IMG/VR virus record: IMGVR_UViG_3300009826_001423
Location: 4,198-68,197 of that record
DNA from: a virus
Length of the DNA: 64,000 nucleotides
Strand: one strand, 5' to 3'
Shown here piece after piece: positions 19,279-29,498 of this stretch; positions within the stretch are counted from its first letter, which is position 1; the number at the start of each line of letters is the position of its first letter. The notes beneath the pieces are model-generated. The model did not search any database. It saw nothing but the letters and a program-made list of their open reading frames with translations, and was not told the DNA's origin. A program made the position numbers and the translations under genes.

Positions 19279-19809
19279 CTAAAATAGGTGTTCTTCCAAT
19301 TGAGGCCGTGGATAGACAATGTGCCATTTTGTGCGACACCAGCCCTCCCAATACGGGTATATTTGCTCTGGAAGCATATCTGCCTCAAAGAAATCCTCCA
19401 CTACCCTATATTTTTTGTCGATTGTCATAGTGGCAAAAATGGCTTGCCGAGTAGCTTCTATAAGGTTCCAAAGGTCACGATACCCGCTACCGTCATCTAC
19501 CAATTTCCCGTTATCATCATAGTTGCCTGGGTCATAAACTCCGAAAAGCACATCCAAAGTAGCGAGGCTCTGCCTTTCGTTTTTTACGTTTTCTACACGG
19601 CGTAGCCGAGGTAATATAAAAGGGAACTCCTCGTCTTCGCCGTCCTCGCCGTCAATACTCTTAGGCAAAAGGAAGCCGGAGCGTATGACTTGAGGATTCT
19701 TAAACGATTTGTTCCCATTTATATCAACTGTTTTTAATGTGAATCGTGAGGCAACTGCTTTTTCCAAGAAATTGCATATGCCATCATGTAAGGTTACTGT
19801 AGTAATCAT
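19279..19809 (-). CDS. Putative tail terminator/completion protein
   Basis: FPFILPR...GYRDLWNLIE...YPYWEG; position before the sheath. Confidence 0.55.
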   Translation of the reverse strand: MITTVTLHDGICNFLEKAVASRFTLKTVDINGNKSFKNPQVIRSGFLLPKSIDGEDGEDEEFPFILPRLRRVENVKNERQSLATLDVLFGVYDPGNYDDNGKLVDDGSGYRDLWNLIEATRQAIFATMTIDKKYRVVEDFFEADMLPEQIYPYWEGWCRTKWHIVYPRPQLEEHLF

Positions 19810-20429
19810 GATTGCGCTCCCTTACTTTTAAGAAGGGTTTGGATTTCACGGTCAAGTTCAAGCTGAAGCCGTGCCGCTGCCCTTTCTTCAACCGCACTTC
19901 GTACATCATACTCACTAAGCATATCCGGCACACTCAAGCCTCTTGCAAGGGTTAGGCGGTCACGGTGGTTTCCAATACGTCGATACACACCAGAGCCTCT
20001 GTCTACTGTTCCGTTTATATTTCTAACCATAAATGCTTTACTTTGGTTTCCCTCGGCATCAAGCATCATTCGGCTTCCGCTTTTTCGAGGACGTATACCC
20101 ACAGGCGCACCACCTCGGACACCGGGATTTGTGTTGTCTATTGTGGGGAAACGTCTGGCTTGCCACCTCGGACTCTTACGAGTAACAGTTACACTTGGCT
20201 TGGATGCTGTTGCTCTGGATACCCGCATACCGCTCTCTACGGAGTCTGCTCCGACATTAGAGAATGTTTGCGACACCTCCGTTGCGGCAGTATCTTTGAT
20301 TGTACCAACGGTTCTGTTCAACGCTCTGGCGATTGCGTTGTTTGCACCGCCACGAACACTTCTCAAAGCATGTACAGCTTCATCAATACTGCCTTGGGTG
20401 TCAATATTGAGAGTGATTGCTTCTGCCAC
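19806..20429 (-). CDS. Minor tail protein Z-like (tail completion)
   Basis: AIARALNRT..., KAFM..., LSVPDML..., ELDREI. Confidence 0.7.
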   Translation of the reverse strand: MAEAITLNIDTQGSIDEAVHALRSVRGGANNAIARALNRTVGTIKDTAATEVSQTFSNVGADSVESGMRVSRATASKPSVTVTRKSPRWQARRFPTIDNTNPGVRGGAPVGIRPRKSGSRMMLDAEGNQSKAFMVRNINGTVDRGSGVYRRIGNHRDRLTLARGLSVPDMLSEYDVRSAVEERAAARLQLELDREIQTLLKSKGAQS

Positions 20430-20431
20430 TG

Positions 20432-20824
20432 TTACCGCCCCCTTACAGCTTCCAGGGTAAACTCCAACACGCCCATCTCTTCAGCTACGGCAGATACCAG
20501 ATACTGTTTGCCGTCAAATTTGAGAGTAGATTCTACCTTGGGGATATGCTTAAACCTCTCTATCCATTCACACTTCGGGATAAAGAACACAAGTCCGTTT
20601 AAGCTAACACCCTCAACTTTATCCCGGATCATGCGTTGGAAATACCTCTCGCTGTCAACAACAACCTCGCAGTCAAAGGCTTCTGATACAATGCCTCTTA
20701 TGCCTTGGATTTTGTGGACGGTAACGAATTCCTTTGCGGCAAAATTAAAAAAGACATCATGAATGTCCTTCATTTGCTGGTCTTGGAATGTGAGGTTTGG
20801 GGCTTGACCTTGAAAACTAAGCAC
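20432..20824 (-). CDS. Head-tail joining protein (ATP-binding-sugar-transporter-like family)
   Basis: FQDQQMKDIHDVFFN...EF...LKFDGKQYLV...EEMGV; start uncertain (20773 to 20935). Confidence 0.6.
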   Translation of the reverse strand: MLSFQGQAPNLTFQDQQMKDIHDVFFNFAAKEFVTVHKIQGIRGIVSEAFDCEVVVDSERYFQRMIRDKVEGVSLNGLVFFIPKCEWIERFKHIPKVESTLKFDGKQYLVSAVAEEMGVLEFTLEAVRGR

Positions 20825-21269
20825 CGTCTTTGCCGCTTTCGTCTTCCTTGTTGGAGTCATCTGCGCCGTTATTCGGGATGTCAGTATCATCATCCACACC
20901 ATCGCCAGAATCATCCTCGTCTTCAAATTCATCAATGAATTTATTTACAAGGGTTTGCAAGCGTTTTGTCGGGATATTTGCTTTATACTCTACACCAATA
21001 TGGTCGGCGTATGCCATAAGGTCAGGGCGCAAAAGTTTATTAACTTCTTGTGGAGGCAGGTAATCTTCGGCGGTAATATAGAACGGCAGATTATTAACTT
21101 CGGGCTGTTCCAAAATGGGAGAAGTCCCTACTGCCTTTATATACCCTCTCGCTAAGTAACGGCTGATCCTATCCTCTCCAACCATTTCAGCGGTTATAAT
21201 TGCATCTTTGCGGTAGGTCTTGTTGCCTACCAACAAATTAACCCGCTTTACTACAAGATAGCTTTTCAT
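20817..21269 (-). CDS. Hypothetical protein after the capsid gene (acidic C-terminus)
   Basis: ORF coupled to the major capsid stop. Confidence 0.6.
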   Translation of the reverse strand: MKSYLVVKRVNLLVGNKTYRKDAIITAEMVGEDRISRYLARGYIKAVGTSPILEQPEVNNLPFYITAEDYLPPQEVNKLLRPDLMAYADHIGVEYKANIPTKRLQTLVNKFIDEFEDEDDSGDGVDDDTDIPNNGADDSNKEDESGKDGA

Positions 21270-22345
21270 CAGGGCGTACCTCCATACACATCAAGAATAG
21301 CCCACGCATCAAGGCTCTTTGGACAGGGAAGCGGAGAAGAAGAAAGTTTAATATATCTTTCAGACGGCTCTTGTTGCTCCCATTGTTTAGGAACTCTGGC
21401 TCTCGCAAAGCTACCGATTTGCAGGTCGTGAATTACTGCGTAGAGCATTTCACCGGGGAAATTGGCGGCAGGTGCTACAACTACTTTGCCTTTAGGCACA
21501 AGCGGATAAACAGCAGGCTCGAAGCCTTTGTCTTCTGGCCTTATTCCGGGGAACTCTGGGTTTTCATTGTCATTATCAGCATACACGCCTTCATAAGAAT
21601 ACAGGTGCAGATTTGCCACACGCAGGAATCCCCAGTACATTGCACCGTTTTGCAGAAGTTCCGGCTTTATAATGCCCATTTCAAAACGGGTGTTATCAAG
21701 CAATTCCTTTACAGTGGTATTGTTGACCAAATCCCACATAGTTTCGCTATCACCAATGGCCATTGTTGCCGTGAACCCGGAACGACCTGCTCGATCCCTT
21801 GCATTTTTGAGGTCGATAATAGGCCGGGAATTAACTAGGTCTGACCACGGAATATCTACAACCGTCATGTTATCGAACTCAAATTCTATCGTTTCGGCAA
21901 CACCCTCGCCAATGACGGGGATTTCCGCATTGAACATAACCTGCGTACACATCCATTCCTCACGGCGGGTGATTGCTTCATCCAATTCCATTAAATCTGT
22001 TTGGAGCAGTTCTGCACGTCTGCGATTGGGATGATACCCATTATAGATAGGCTCACCGGGTAAGCGAACGGCTATGTCATCCGTTGTCAACACTCGTCTC
22101 GGTGCAACAAGTGGAGGCTCGTAAGACTTGGTTGAGAAGCCGCCTCGTTCTAAGACTTTACTTCCTATACGCCTTGAAACAAAGGGAGCCATTGCCATGC
22201 CGCCCTTTTTTACATCAAACTTAACGGCCAATGTTGGGAAAGTCCGTATGCGCGGGAAAAATGTATCTTTAATGAATGTTGGCAAAGGCGGCGTTTGCTT
22301 AAGCATTTTAATCATGAATTGTGGATCATATATGTTTGTAGCCAT
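21269..22345 (-). CDS. Major capsid protein (lambda gpE-like)
   Basis: FIKDTFFP, MAPFVSRR, AITRREEWMCTQV and SSPLP motifs. Confidence 0.93.
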   Translation of the reverse strand: MATNIYDPQFMIKMLKQTPPLPTFIKDTFFPRIRTFPTLAVKFDVKKGGMAMAPFVSRRIGSKVLERGGFSTKSYEPPLVAPRRVLTTDDIAVRLPGEPIYNGYHPNRRRAELLQTDLMELDEAITRREEWMCTQVMFNAEIPVIGEGVAETIEFEFDNMTVVDIPWSDLVNSRPIIDLKNARDRAGRSGFTATMAIGDSETMWDLVNNTTVKELLDNTRFEMGIIKPELLQNGAMYWGFLRVANLHLYSYEGVYADNDNENPEFPGIRPEDKGFEPAVYPLVPKGKVVVAPAANFPGEMLYAVIHDLQIGSFARARVPKQWEQQEPSERYIKLSSSPLPCPKSLDAWAILDVYGGTP

Positions 22346-22358
22346 AGGTTATCTCCTC

Positions 22359-22715
22359 CTATATTCTTGTGCCTCTGACAATCAAGCTGATGTCAGTCAT
22401 ACGGCGAATGTGTGTTTCTACTGTGTCCGTGCCGCCAAAACGCAAAAATCTACGGTTGTATTCACCTTTAATGTACATACTTGAAACGGCTGTTGTGCCA
22501 TCTTCAACTACTACATCATCGCAGGCAATACCAACAACAGACTGCGAGCCATCAGTGGCGGTGGAATCCACAAGGATATAATTTCCGTCATCTGTTGCAC
22601 CCAACACATCGCCACGCTTTATTTCAGCGGGACCAGTAATTGATATTTCTTGGACTTCGGTTGGAAAATCACCGGCAATAAGTCCGTCCGGCTTAAAAGT
22701 ACCTACTGTAGCCAT
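22359..22715 (-). CDS. Head decoration protein (lambda gpD-like)
   Basis: DSTATDGSQSVVGI...YIKGEYN. Confidence 0.85.
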   Translation of the reverse strand: MATVGTFKPDGLIAGDFPTEVQEISITGPAEIKRGDVLGATDDGNYILVDSTATDGSQSVVGIACDDVVVEDGTTAVSSMYIKGEYNRRFLRFGGTDTVETHIRRMTDISLIVRGTRI

Positions 22716-22726
22716 TGCGAGTCCTC

Positions 22727-23902
22727 CTATCTTCTAATGGTCTTTGCAACATCAGCAGCACAAGCCAAGAGGTCTGCTTCTTCTGCCTCATCGGTCTGCG
22801 GTGTGCTTGCGGTCGGCACATCGTCAAGTTCTGTTGCATCTGCATGTGCATTGTTTAAATAAGTGATGCCCTTTTGTTTTTGGGAAGCGAGAACTTCCAT
22901 TGCATAAGCCTCGGCAGAAATTCCTGTTTCAAATTTTGCCTTATTTGTTATGGCTTCCATGCCGGATAAGGCGATATTATCAATTGCTTGGATTCTCGCT
23001 CTCTCGGCTTTGATACCTTCGGTACGGGCATTTTCAAGTGCCTCAGAAGATGTTGCTTGTGCTATGCCTTCTTGCACTGCGGCGTTGTAGATCTCTGGAT
23101 GATTTGCTTTTAACTCAGCAAGATTCATTACGGTGTCCTCCTTTTTATTTTGTGGTTCTTGCGGTTTATTCTGCGGTTCCTGGGGCTTAATTGTTGGCTT
23201 TGTCGGGAGCATAGCCACAAACCGCTCTTTGTTGTGAAAATTGTCGAGGTCAATATTTAAGCCATTAAAAAAGGCCGTTGTCTTATCTTCACTGAGATAA
23301 GCCTCGACCTCCATTTCCTCAACCTCGTCCACGAAGCCTTTTTCTTTGGCTTCTATGCCGGTAAGCCATGTGTCAGCTTCTACCATCCGCATCAAATCCG
23401 CTTTTGGTATTTTAGTTTTTTTATGGTAGACATCAACCATTGAATTTGTAATGGTTTTTAGTGCGTCTATCGTCTTTTGGATTTCTATTGAATTGCCCCA
23501 TGCCCATGTTGACGGCAAATGAACCATAAACACAGAACCCAATGCCGATATGATTTTATCACCAGCCATAGCAATAAGTGTTGCTGCGCTTGCGGCTATC
23601 CCATCAATATGGACAATAATCTGTGCCTTGTGCGATTTTAGCAGATTCATAATGGCATATGCCGCAAATACACTGCCGCCTCCGCTATTAATCCGCACGT
23701 TGATTGTGCTTACGTCACCCAAATTATTAAGTTCATCCTTAAATTTGTTGGGAACGACATCATCAGGAAAATTCCAATTTCCCATATCATAAGTCACAAT
23801 ATCACCATATATATACAGCGTAGCTTCGCCGGTGTCGCTCTCTGTGCTATTCTTAAATTCCCAGAACGGCACGTCATTACCGGGCTTTTTCATTATCATC
23901 AC
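22727..23902 (-). CDS. ClpP-family head maturation protease with scaffold-like C-terminus
   Basis: INSGGGSV, IDGIAASAATLI, MVHLP and ETW-like DTWLTG motifs. Confidence 0.93.
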   Translation of the reverse strand: MMIMKKPGNDVPFWEFKNSTESDTGEATLYIYGDIVTYDMGNWNFPDDVVPNKFKDELNNLGDVSTINVRINSGGGSVFAAYAIMNLLKSHKAQIIVHIDGIAASAATLIAMAGDKIISALGSVFMVHLPSTWAWGNSIEIQKTIDALKTITNSMVDVYHKKTKIPKADLMRMVEADTWLTGIEAKEKGFVDEVEEMEVEAYLSEDKTTAFFNGLNIDLDNFHNKERFVAMLPTKPTIKPQEPQNKPQEPQNKKEDTVMNLAELKANHPEIYNAAVQEGIAQATSSEALENARTEGIKAERARIQAIDNIALSGMEAITNKAKFETGISAEAYAMEVLASQKQKGITYLNNAHADATELDDVPTASTPQTDEAEEADLLACAADVAKTIRR

Positions 23903-24116
23903 CGTCCTTATCTAAGGCGGCCAAAGCTATCAATCGCCGTGCGCCGTAACCCCTTGATATTTTTCGCCTTGCCCTAAAATAGTCGTACAGTTCTAATCCT
24001 GTTTTTATGACATTGAGTATTATTCCTAATAGGGCAAAGCAGAGAATAGAATTAACCAGTACCATTGCGAAGGAGAATAAATTTGCGGCATTATAAACCG
24101 TTGTAGTAATATCCAT
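23877..24116 (-). CDS. Small hydrophobic hypothetical protein between portal and protease
   Basis: 79 aa with a TM-like segment, coupled to the portal stop. Confidence 0.4.
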   Translation of the reverse strand: MDITTTVYNAANLFSFAMVLVNSILCFALLGIILNVIKTGLELYDYFRARRKISRGYGARRLIALAALDKDGDDNEKAR

Positions 24117-25660
24117 TAACTACCTCCTCCAGTTTCCATAATTGCAAGAAGTTCCTTGCGCATAGTTTCCTCTTTCACTCGCTGTCTATGGTTCACATTG
24201 AAGTCCGTGCCAGTCATTTCGGCGGCCTCACGCTCCCTTGTGCTTATTTCTGCTTCTATCCGTCTAATTGCGGCAGTCACTTCTCGAAGGGGGTCTATTT
24301 GCCCCTGTGAGGGACCATGCCATTCTGCTTTACAATAGGCCGCTCTGATAATAGGGTCATCAAAAAAGCCTGGGGCATATATACGTCCTTTGGCAACAGC
24401 CTCCGCAAGCCATTCTTCATAAATAGGCTGGCAGAAATCATTAGCAAACCACTTGCGCCGCATTCTAAACATCTTCCATGCTTCCAATAATGCGGCACGG
24501 CTCGCGCTGTACGATGCGCTGAAATGTTTAATCAACAGTTCATACGGAATTTCCAGTGCCGAGCCTATCTGCCGCAAAATTGCATTAACGAATCCATCAA
24601 AGGCTACGTTAGGTCTGCCGGGACTTTGAATGTCGAATTTCTCACCCGGCCCCATATAATTTATTGATCCCGGCCCCATTTCGTAAGTATACGGATTTTC
24701 AGCATCAATCTGTTGCTCCTTGGGAATCCCTTCACCCATGGCAGTTTCGGGTATATCCATTGTTACAGAAATGGCAACCAAACCACTGACTACAGCGGCA
24801 CTCAGTTCAGCTTCTGTATATTTTCCAAGCTGCCGTAAACTCTCTATGACTGGGGATAATATCGGGATTCCTCTTGTTTGGTCTGGGCGTTCCGATTCCA
24901 TCAAGTGGAGTATATTACGCCGTCCTGTCGCAGAACCAAAAACAGAAACCCGTTTGTATGTGCCATCATCTGCTTCGGAGCCGGGAAAATTATTTGCAAT
25001 ATGATAGGCAACAATCTCGCTGTTTTTGGTTTCCACGCCTTGGCTTATGCTTTCATCTCCTTCATTGTCTGGTGGAGTTGCAACACGGTCACTCTCCACA
25101 AGCTGTATGCGCAGGTCATATAAGAATCCTTTCCTACTTTTGTAAGGAAGCAGAACAAACACATCTCCCGACATCAATGTGCTTATAAAAGCTAGTTGTT
25201 GCAATTCATAAAAGTTGTTAAGCCGGAGGCGGTCACAGTTTACGGAATTTGCAAAATACTCAAACTCCCTAACAATGGATTTTTCCCACTCCTCAACCTC
25301 GGCATCAGACAATTTAAGGAAATCACCGTCTATGGAGGGCTTAAGCATAAGTCCATATCCAACTGTATTTGTTCGAGTTGTCTTTATACCCCCTGTTGCA
25401 ATATTCGCACCACCCATATAAAGGTCACGGGAACGCTCACGCAATTTGGAAAGGTTGTCGTTTATATCTTCGGAAGGGGAGTTACTGCCACTATCCCATC
25501 CAAGCATTGATTTTTTCTGTATGTTTGCGCCGTGATGTGAATAGCCGGAATTTATAAACTCCAAACGCTGACGGGCAAGTTCTCTTTTTAATGCATACTG
25601 TGGGGCTACTTTAGCGATTGCCTTATCTAGCTTACTTGGCGTTCTTGCGCTTCGTTTCAT
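24116..25660 (-). CDS. Portal protein (lambda family)
   Basis: LRERSRDLY, RPDQTRGIPILSPV, SYSASRAALLE and IDPLRE motifs. Confidence 0.95.
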   Translation of the reverse strand: MKRSARTPSKLDKAIAKVAPQYALKRELARQRLEFINSGYSHHGANIQKKSMLGWDSGSNSPSEDINDNLSKLRERSRDLYMGGANIATGGIKTTRTNTVGYGLMLKPSIDGDFLKLSDAEVEEWEKSIVREFEYFANSVNCDRLRLNNFYELQQLAFISTLMSGDVFVLLPYKSRKGFLYDLRIQLVESDRVATPPDNEGDESISQGVETKNSEIVAYHIANNFPGSEADDGTYKRVSVFGSATGRRNILHLMESERPDQTRGIPILSPVIESLRQLGKYTEAELSAAVVSGLVAISVTMDIPETAMGEGIPKEQQIDAENPYTYEMGPGSINYMGPGEKFDIQSPGRPNVAFDGFVNAILRQIGSALEIPYELLIKHFSASYSASRAALLEAWKMFRMRRKWFANDFCQPIYEEWLAEAVAKGRIYAPGFFDDPIIRAAYCKAEWHGPSQGQIDPLREVTAAIRRIEAEISTREREAAEMTGTDFNVNHRQRVKEETMRKELLAIMETGGGS

Positions 25661-25674
25661 TTAGCAACCACCCC

Positions 25675-25905
25675 CTAAGTATCCCTTGGAATAACTTGCT
25701 GCACACGAATACGGGAACGCCCTTCCAAGCGGTCAACTTCGGCTTTCCAATATTTAATCCGTTGTGCAATATCCAGCAAATCAGCGCGCCTTAAACGGCG
25801 TGAACCTATGGTGTAATCTTGCCCGGACATAACAGCCATTTCTGCCAACATCCAGCCCTTTAACATTTCTCTTGCATTGTGTAGTTCATCTTGCCGGGTA
25901 ATCAT
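25675..25905 (-). CDS. Head-tail adaptor (gpW-like)
   Basis: GQDYTIGSRRLRRADL. Confidence 0.8.
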   Translation of the reverse strand: MITRQDELHNAREMLKGWMLAEMAVMSGQDYTIGSRRLRRADLLDIAQRIKYWKAEVDRLEGRSRIRVQQVIPRDT

Positions 25906-27749
25906 TCGTCACCTCTCGTTCTGACAGCACCGCGCCTCCTTGCAGGTCTTTTTTGCCCTGCCGTCTTGCGATTCTTCACTTCTTCAAAATTTGGGTTTAA
26001 TATTTCAATAGCAGCAATGTTATAAACACGGATGTCAAGCGGCTCATTTCGTGCGCCAGACTTTAATTTCCATTCTGTTTTAGGCTTACCCATAACCAGT
26101 TTAACAATCTTTACTTCGGAAGTTAAACCCTCGAAATATTTTTCATCATAGCCTCGGTCGTAATTATCATCCGTCGGAAAGTGACAGTACCCAGCTTTTT
26201 TTGTATCTTTTTCGGCAAGGCGAGAAAATAACCTTGCTTTTGCAGCATCAACAGCTATCGTAAACAGATGATTTTTTACTTTCTTAGTTTTATTGTAAGT
26301 ATGCACAATGCTCATGCCCGAGCCGCCTTTACCTTTGATTGCCCATACCCCTCGAATCTCACGGGGTTTACAGAAGCGGTATGTTTCGGTTGTGCGGTGA
26401 CCGCCACTATCTATGCACACAGTAGAAAGCGGTATAACTGATCCATCCTCGCATGTGTATGCTTTTAGTAAATGTTGATCAAGTTTTTCCCATGTGTCGG
26501 GTTCTGATGTGTCACCATAAATGGTTTTATATTCAATACCCCAGCTTACCTTATTTTCACCCCACCCAACTACTTCCATTTCAAAGCGGTCATCTTGAAC
26601 GTCTACCCCGGCAGTTAACACCAAAACACCTTCTGGCACCAGAGCGTTATATTCAATACGGCGGTTATATAGTGAATCTGGATCAATGGAATCTCCGTCA
26701 ACAAGCCACACCTGCCCAAGAACAGTATTCGTCCACACCTTCATCATTTCGCTATCGCCTTTGGACTTCCAGAATTCCTTGACGATTGCAAGCCATGACA
26801 TCCAAGGACTGACGAGTGCATTAAGGCGAAAACTTTTTACAGTTTCGTTTTCATTTTCTGCAAACCACTCGCCCTCTCCGGCTTTCCATGCAAATTCGTT
26901 ATTGAGTTCTCCGCATGATTTACATGTACAGAGAACTTCTTGCTTTTCGTCAAATACCCCATCTTCATCTTTTCCGAAAACGATTTCAGACCATAGCAGT
27001 TCTTGAAACTCCCCACAGGCAGGGCATGGAAGTTTCCATTGTTCCTTTGAACCTAACTCGTACTCATGCTGAATACGACTGATGCCGTCTATGGTCGGAG
27101 AGGAAACTTTCAGTAGTTTTTTTGTAAATGGATAAGTTGATGTCCGTTTTTCAACAATGGTTAATGGATCACCTTCTGCTTTTGCACTTTCCGGCCAACG
27201 GTCAACCTCATCAGCCAATACAACTTCAACCGGGCGAGAAGCGAGTGCCGATGGGGAGTTTGCACCAACTATAGCCAAGTACCCGCCGGGGTACATTTTC
27301 TGCATAATTGTGCTTGCTGCACTACGACTTTTTTCCGGGCTGAAAATAGAGCGAAGAATAGGTGTGTCTCTGATGGTTGGTGCTATACGCTCTTTGGAAA
27401 ATTGTTCACCAGTTTTTACAGTAGGTTGCACCATCAGCACTGATGTTGGTCTTTTGTGTGAATAATACCCCATTGCGTTCAATAAAAATTCCGACTTCCC
27501 AACTTGCACACAGGACATCATGACAACTTCACGGACTTTCTCGTCCGTAAGGCACTCCATAATTCTTTTCAAATATGGCGTTCTTGAAGTTTGCCAACGT
27601 CCGGGTTCGGCACTGCTTTCGGCAGGAAGCCGTCTATACTTATCTGCCCATTCAGCCAAAGTCATATCATCAATCGGTCGAAGGCGGCGAAATATTCTCT
27701 TGAAAAGTTCGTTTGTGTGAGGCTCAATATATGGTCGCTGCTCCATCAT
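25902..27749 (-). CDS. Terminase large subunit (lambda GpA family)
   Basis: QVGKSE Walker A, ADEVDR, SSPT, LTAGVDVQ, IDSGG and NEPLD motifs. Confidence 0.96.
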   Translation of the reverse strand: MMEQRPYIEPHTNELFKRIFRRLRPIDDMTLAEWADKYRRLPAESSAEPGRWQTSRTPYLKRIMECLTDEKVREVVMMSCVQVGKSEFLLNAMGYYSHKRPTSVLMVQPTVKTGEQFSKERIAPTIRDTPILRSIFSPEKSRSAASTIMQKMYPGGYLAIVGANSPSALASRPVEVVLADEVDRWPESAKAEGDPLTIVEKRTSTYPFTKKLLKVSSPTIDGISRIQHEYELGSKEQWKLPCPACGEFQELLWSEIVFGKDEDGVFDEKQEVLCTCKSCGELNNEFAWKAGEGEWFAENENETVKSFRLNALVSPWMSWLAIVKEFWKSKGDSEMMKVWTNTVLGQVWLVDGDSIDPDSLYNRRIEYNALVPEGVLVLTAGVDVQDDRFEMEVVGWGENKVSWGIEYKTIYGDTSEPDTWEKLDQHLLKAYTCEDGSVIPLSTVCIDSGGHRTTETYRFCKPREIRGVWAIKGKGGSGMSIVHTYNKTKKVKNHLFTIAVDAAKARLFSRLAEKDTKKAGYCHFPTDDNYDRGYDEKYFEGLTSEVKIVKLVMGKPKTEWKLKSGARNEPLDIRVYNIAAIEILNPNFEEVKNRKTAGQKRPARRRGAVRTRGDE

Positions 27750-28291
27750 TCGCCCTTACCTTCACCCGGTTCATCCAAGCTGGAATTGTATTTTCCCTCT
27801 GTAAAATCTTCGGGATTGTATGCGGCCAGTTCTTGTAGCGCATCGGATGTTGATTTTTTCAGCACTTCGAGGATGTTCTCTGATTTTTCGCTACCCTCGG
27901 GGATTGCCATTAGCAGTGGCAGAACCTTGAACGGCATGGTTTCCATCTTGGCTTTGAACGCCAGAATATAGTTCGTCACGATAAACTCCACGATATGTGC
28001 GTGGTGTAACTCGTTCCGCTTTACTTGCAAATCCAACTCGGCATCCTCTCGCTTAATGCGAGTAAGCCGTGCCTTCTCTTGGCTATAATCCGAGGATAGG
28101 TCATCATCGGAAATCAACGACTGCAAATAACCGATATATCCCTGCACTGCCGGGAGCAATTTATAATACCCCGGTGAAAATTCCTCAATCTTGCCCTCTT
28201 TGGTAAGCTGTTTCACCCGATTTTCGGAAATAGTCAGCACTTTGGCTATGGATTTGCGAGTGTAAATCTTGCCTTGATTGCCCACGGGCAA
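27746..28291 (-). CDS. Terminase small subunit (Nu1-like)
   Basis: N-terminal wHTH; EKARLTRIKRE...ELDL; coupled to TerL. Confidence 0.85.
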   Translation of the reverse strand: MPVGNQGKIYTRKSIAKVLTISENRVKQLTKEGKIEEFSPGYYKLLPAVQGYIGYLQSLISDDDLSSDYSQEKARLTRIKREDAELDLQVKRNELHHAHIVEFIVTNYILAFKAKMETMPFKVLPLLMAIPEGSEKSENILEVLKKSTSDALQELAAYNPEDFTEGKYNSSLDEPGEGKGE

Positions 28292-28492
28292 AACCTCCCG
28301 GAAAAAAAGGAAATGGAAAAAAAATTTTGAAAACTAAAAAAGCCCTGCGCCTCGCGCACCCACAGGGGGAAATTTTCCCCGGAAGGAACCGTGGAGCGGC
28401 GGCGAGCCGAGCAGAACCTTATTTATATACCCCCGACTGGGAACTTCCAGTTACCCACCAAGGATTCGTATATCCCGCTGCGCACACCGTTG

Positions 28493-29461
28493 CTACTCGT
28501 CAAGGTCAAGGTCAAGTCCAAATCCAAGGTCATCATCGTCAATCAACTCGTCAAGGTCAATCTGGCCGCTAATGCGCTGGCGTTGGAGTTTCAGCTTGGC
28601 GCGGTCAATTTCGGCACGTTCGTCATCCTTCTCCATCTTGTGCCATACCTCCAATGCTTTTTGCAAACTCTTTTGTGTGCGCCCAAGTGCTTCATCTAAT
28701 TGCATACGTCGCTTCAACTCTGGCTCTGCAACATGGGTAGCCGTGTCCACTGCTTCGGTGGTGCTATTGCCATCCCATGCCTCACCTGATTTGTTGCGGT
28801 TGATATACGAGGTTGTATTCGAGCCTTTTTGCTTTGTTACACTATCAATAATCATGCCACCAGGTGTTTCTTTTACTTTGCGGATTTCCTGTAATATGCG
28901 CTTTTCACGAATTTTGAGTGTATCAATTAAGAGTAGTTGTTGGACATATTTATCGTAGTCAGCATCTAATATGGCACGTTCTTCATCATCAATTAAATCT
29001 GCCGAGAAAAATACTGTTGCATATTCATGAGTCTTTATAGCAAATTTATTTCTTATTGGACCACCTAAACCTCCTTTATTTCCAGCAGCGTTTTTATTAC
29101 CCGGCTGTGCGCCTCGTTTTTTTAAGTTGGTTTCGGCGGTTGCGCCGCTTTCAGTATTTTCCGCAATTTTTGAAGCAGATTTTTTAGTGGATTTATTTGT
29201 AGAGATATTTTTGCCCTGTTCCGAACGCTCCTTATTATCATTTGGAACGCTCCGTATTTTTTCGGAACGCTCCGTATTTTTTTTTGACTTAGGCGTTCCG
29301 CTTGATTTCATATCCCAATTATCTTTAGCTTTCCATCCTCGCACTGTGCCTTCCGACACATTCAAGCGGTCGGCAATTTCATTTAGCTGAAGTTCACCTT
29401 TGCTTTGAACATACAGCTCTCGCGCCTTATCTCGCTCTGGACTACGTTGTCGCGGCATCAC
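28493..29461 (-). CDS. Second terminase-small-subunit-related protein (N-terminal HTH)
   Basis: MPRQRSPERDKARELY...TVRGWKAKDNW and GAQPGNKNA motifs. Confidence 0.75.
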   Translation of the reverse strand: MMPRQRSPERDKARELYVQSKGELQLNEIADRLNVSEGTVRGWKAKDNWDMKSSGTPKSKKNTERSEKIRSVPNDNKERSEQGKNISTNKSTKKSASKIAENTESGATAETNLKKRGAQPGNKNAAGNKGGLGGPIRNKFAIKTHEYATVFFSADLIDDEERAILDADYDKYVQQLLLIDTLKIREKRILQEIRKVKETPGGMIIDSVTKQKGSNTTSYINRNKSGEAWDGNSTTEAVDTATHVAEPELKRRMQLDEALGRTQKSLQKALEVWHKMEKDDERAEIDRAKLKLQRQRISGQIDLDELIDDDDLGFGLDLDLDE

Positions 29462-29498
29462 CTCTCACCTACTTTTTACACATAGCGTAAGCTATCAT

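Noticed and set aside
28396-28407. Lambda cosN look-alike (CGGCGGCGAGCC)
   Set aside because: Only 9 of 12 positions match, and the orientation relative to terS is opposite to that in lambda
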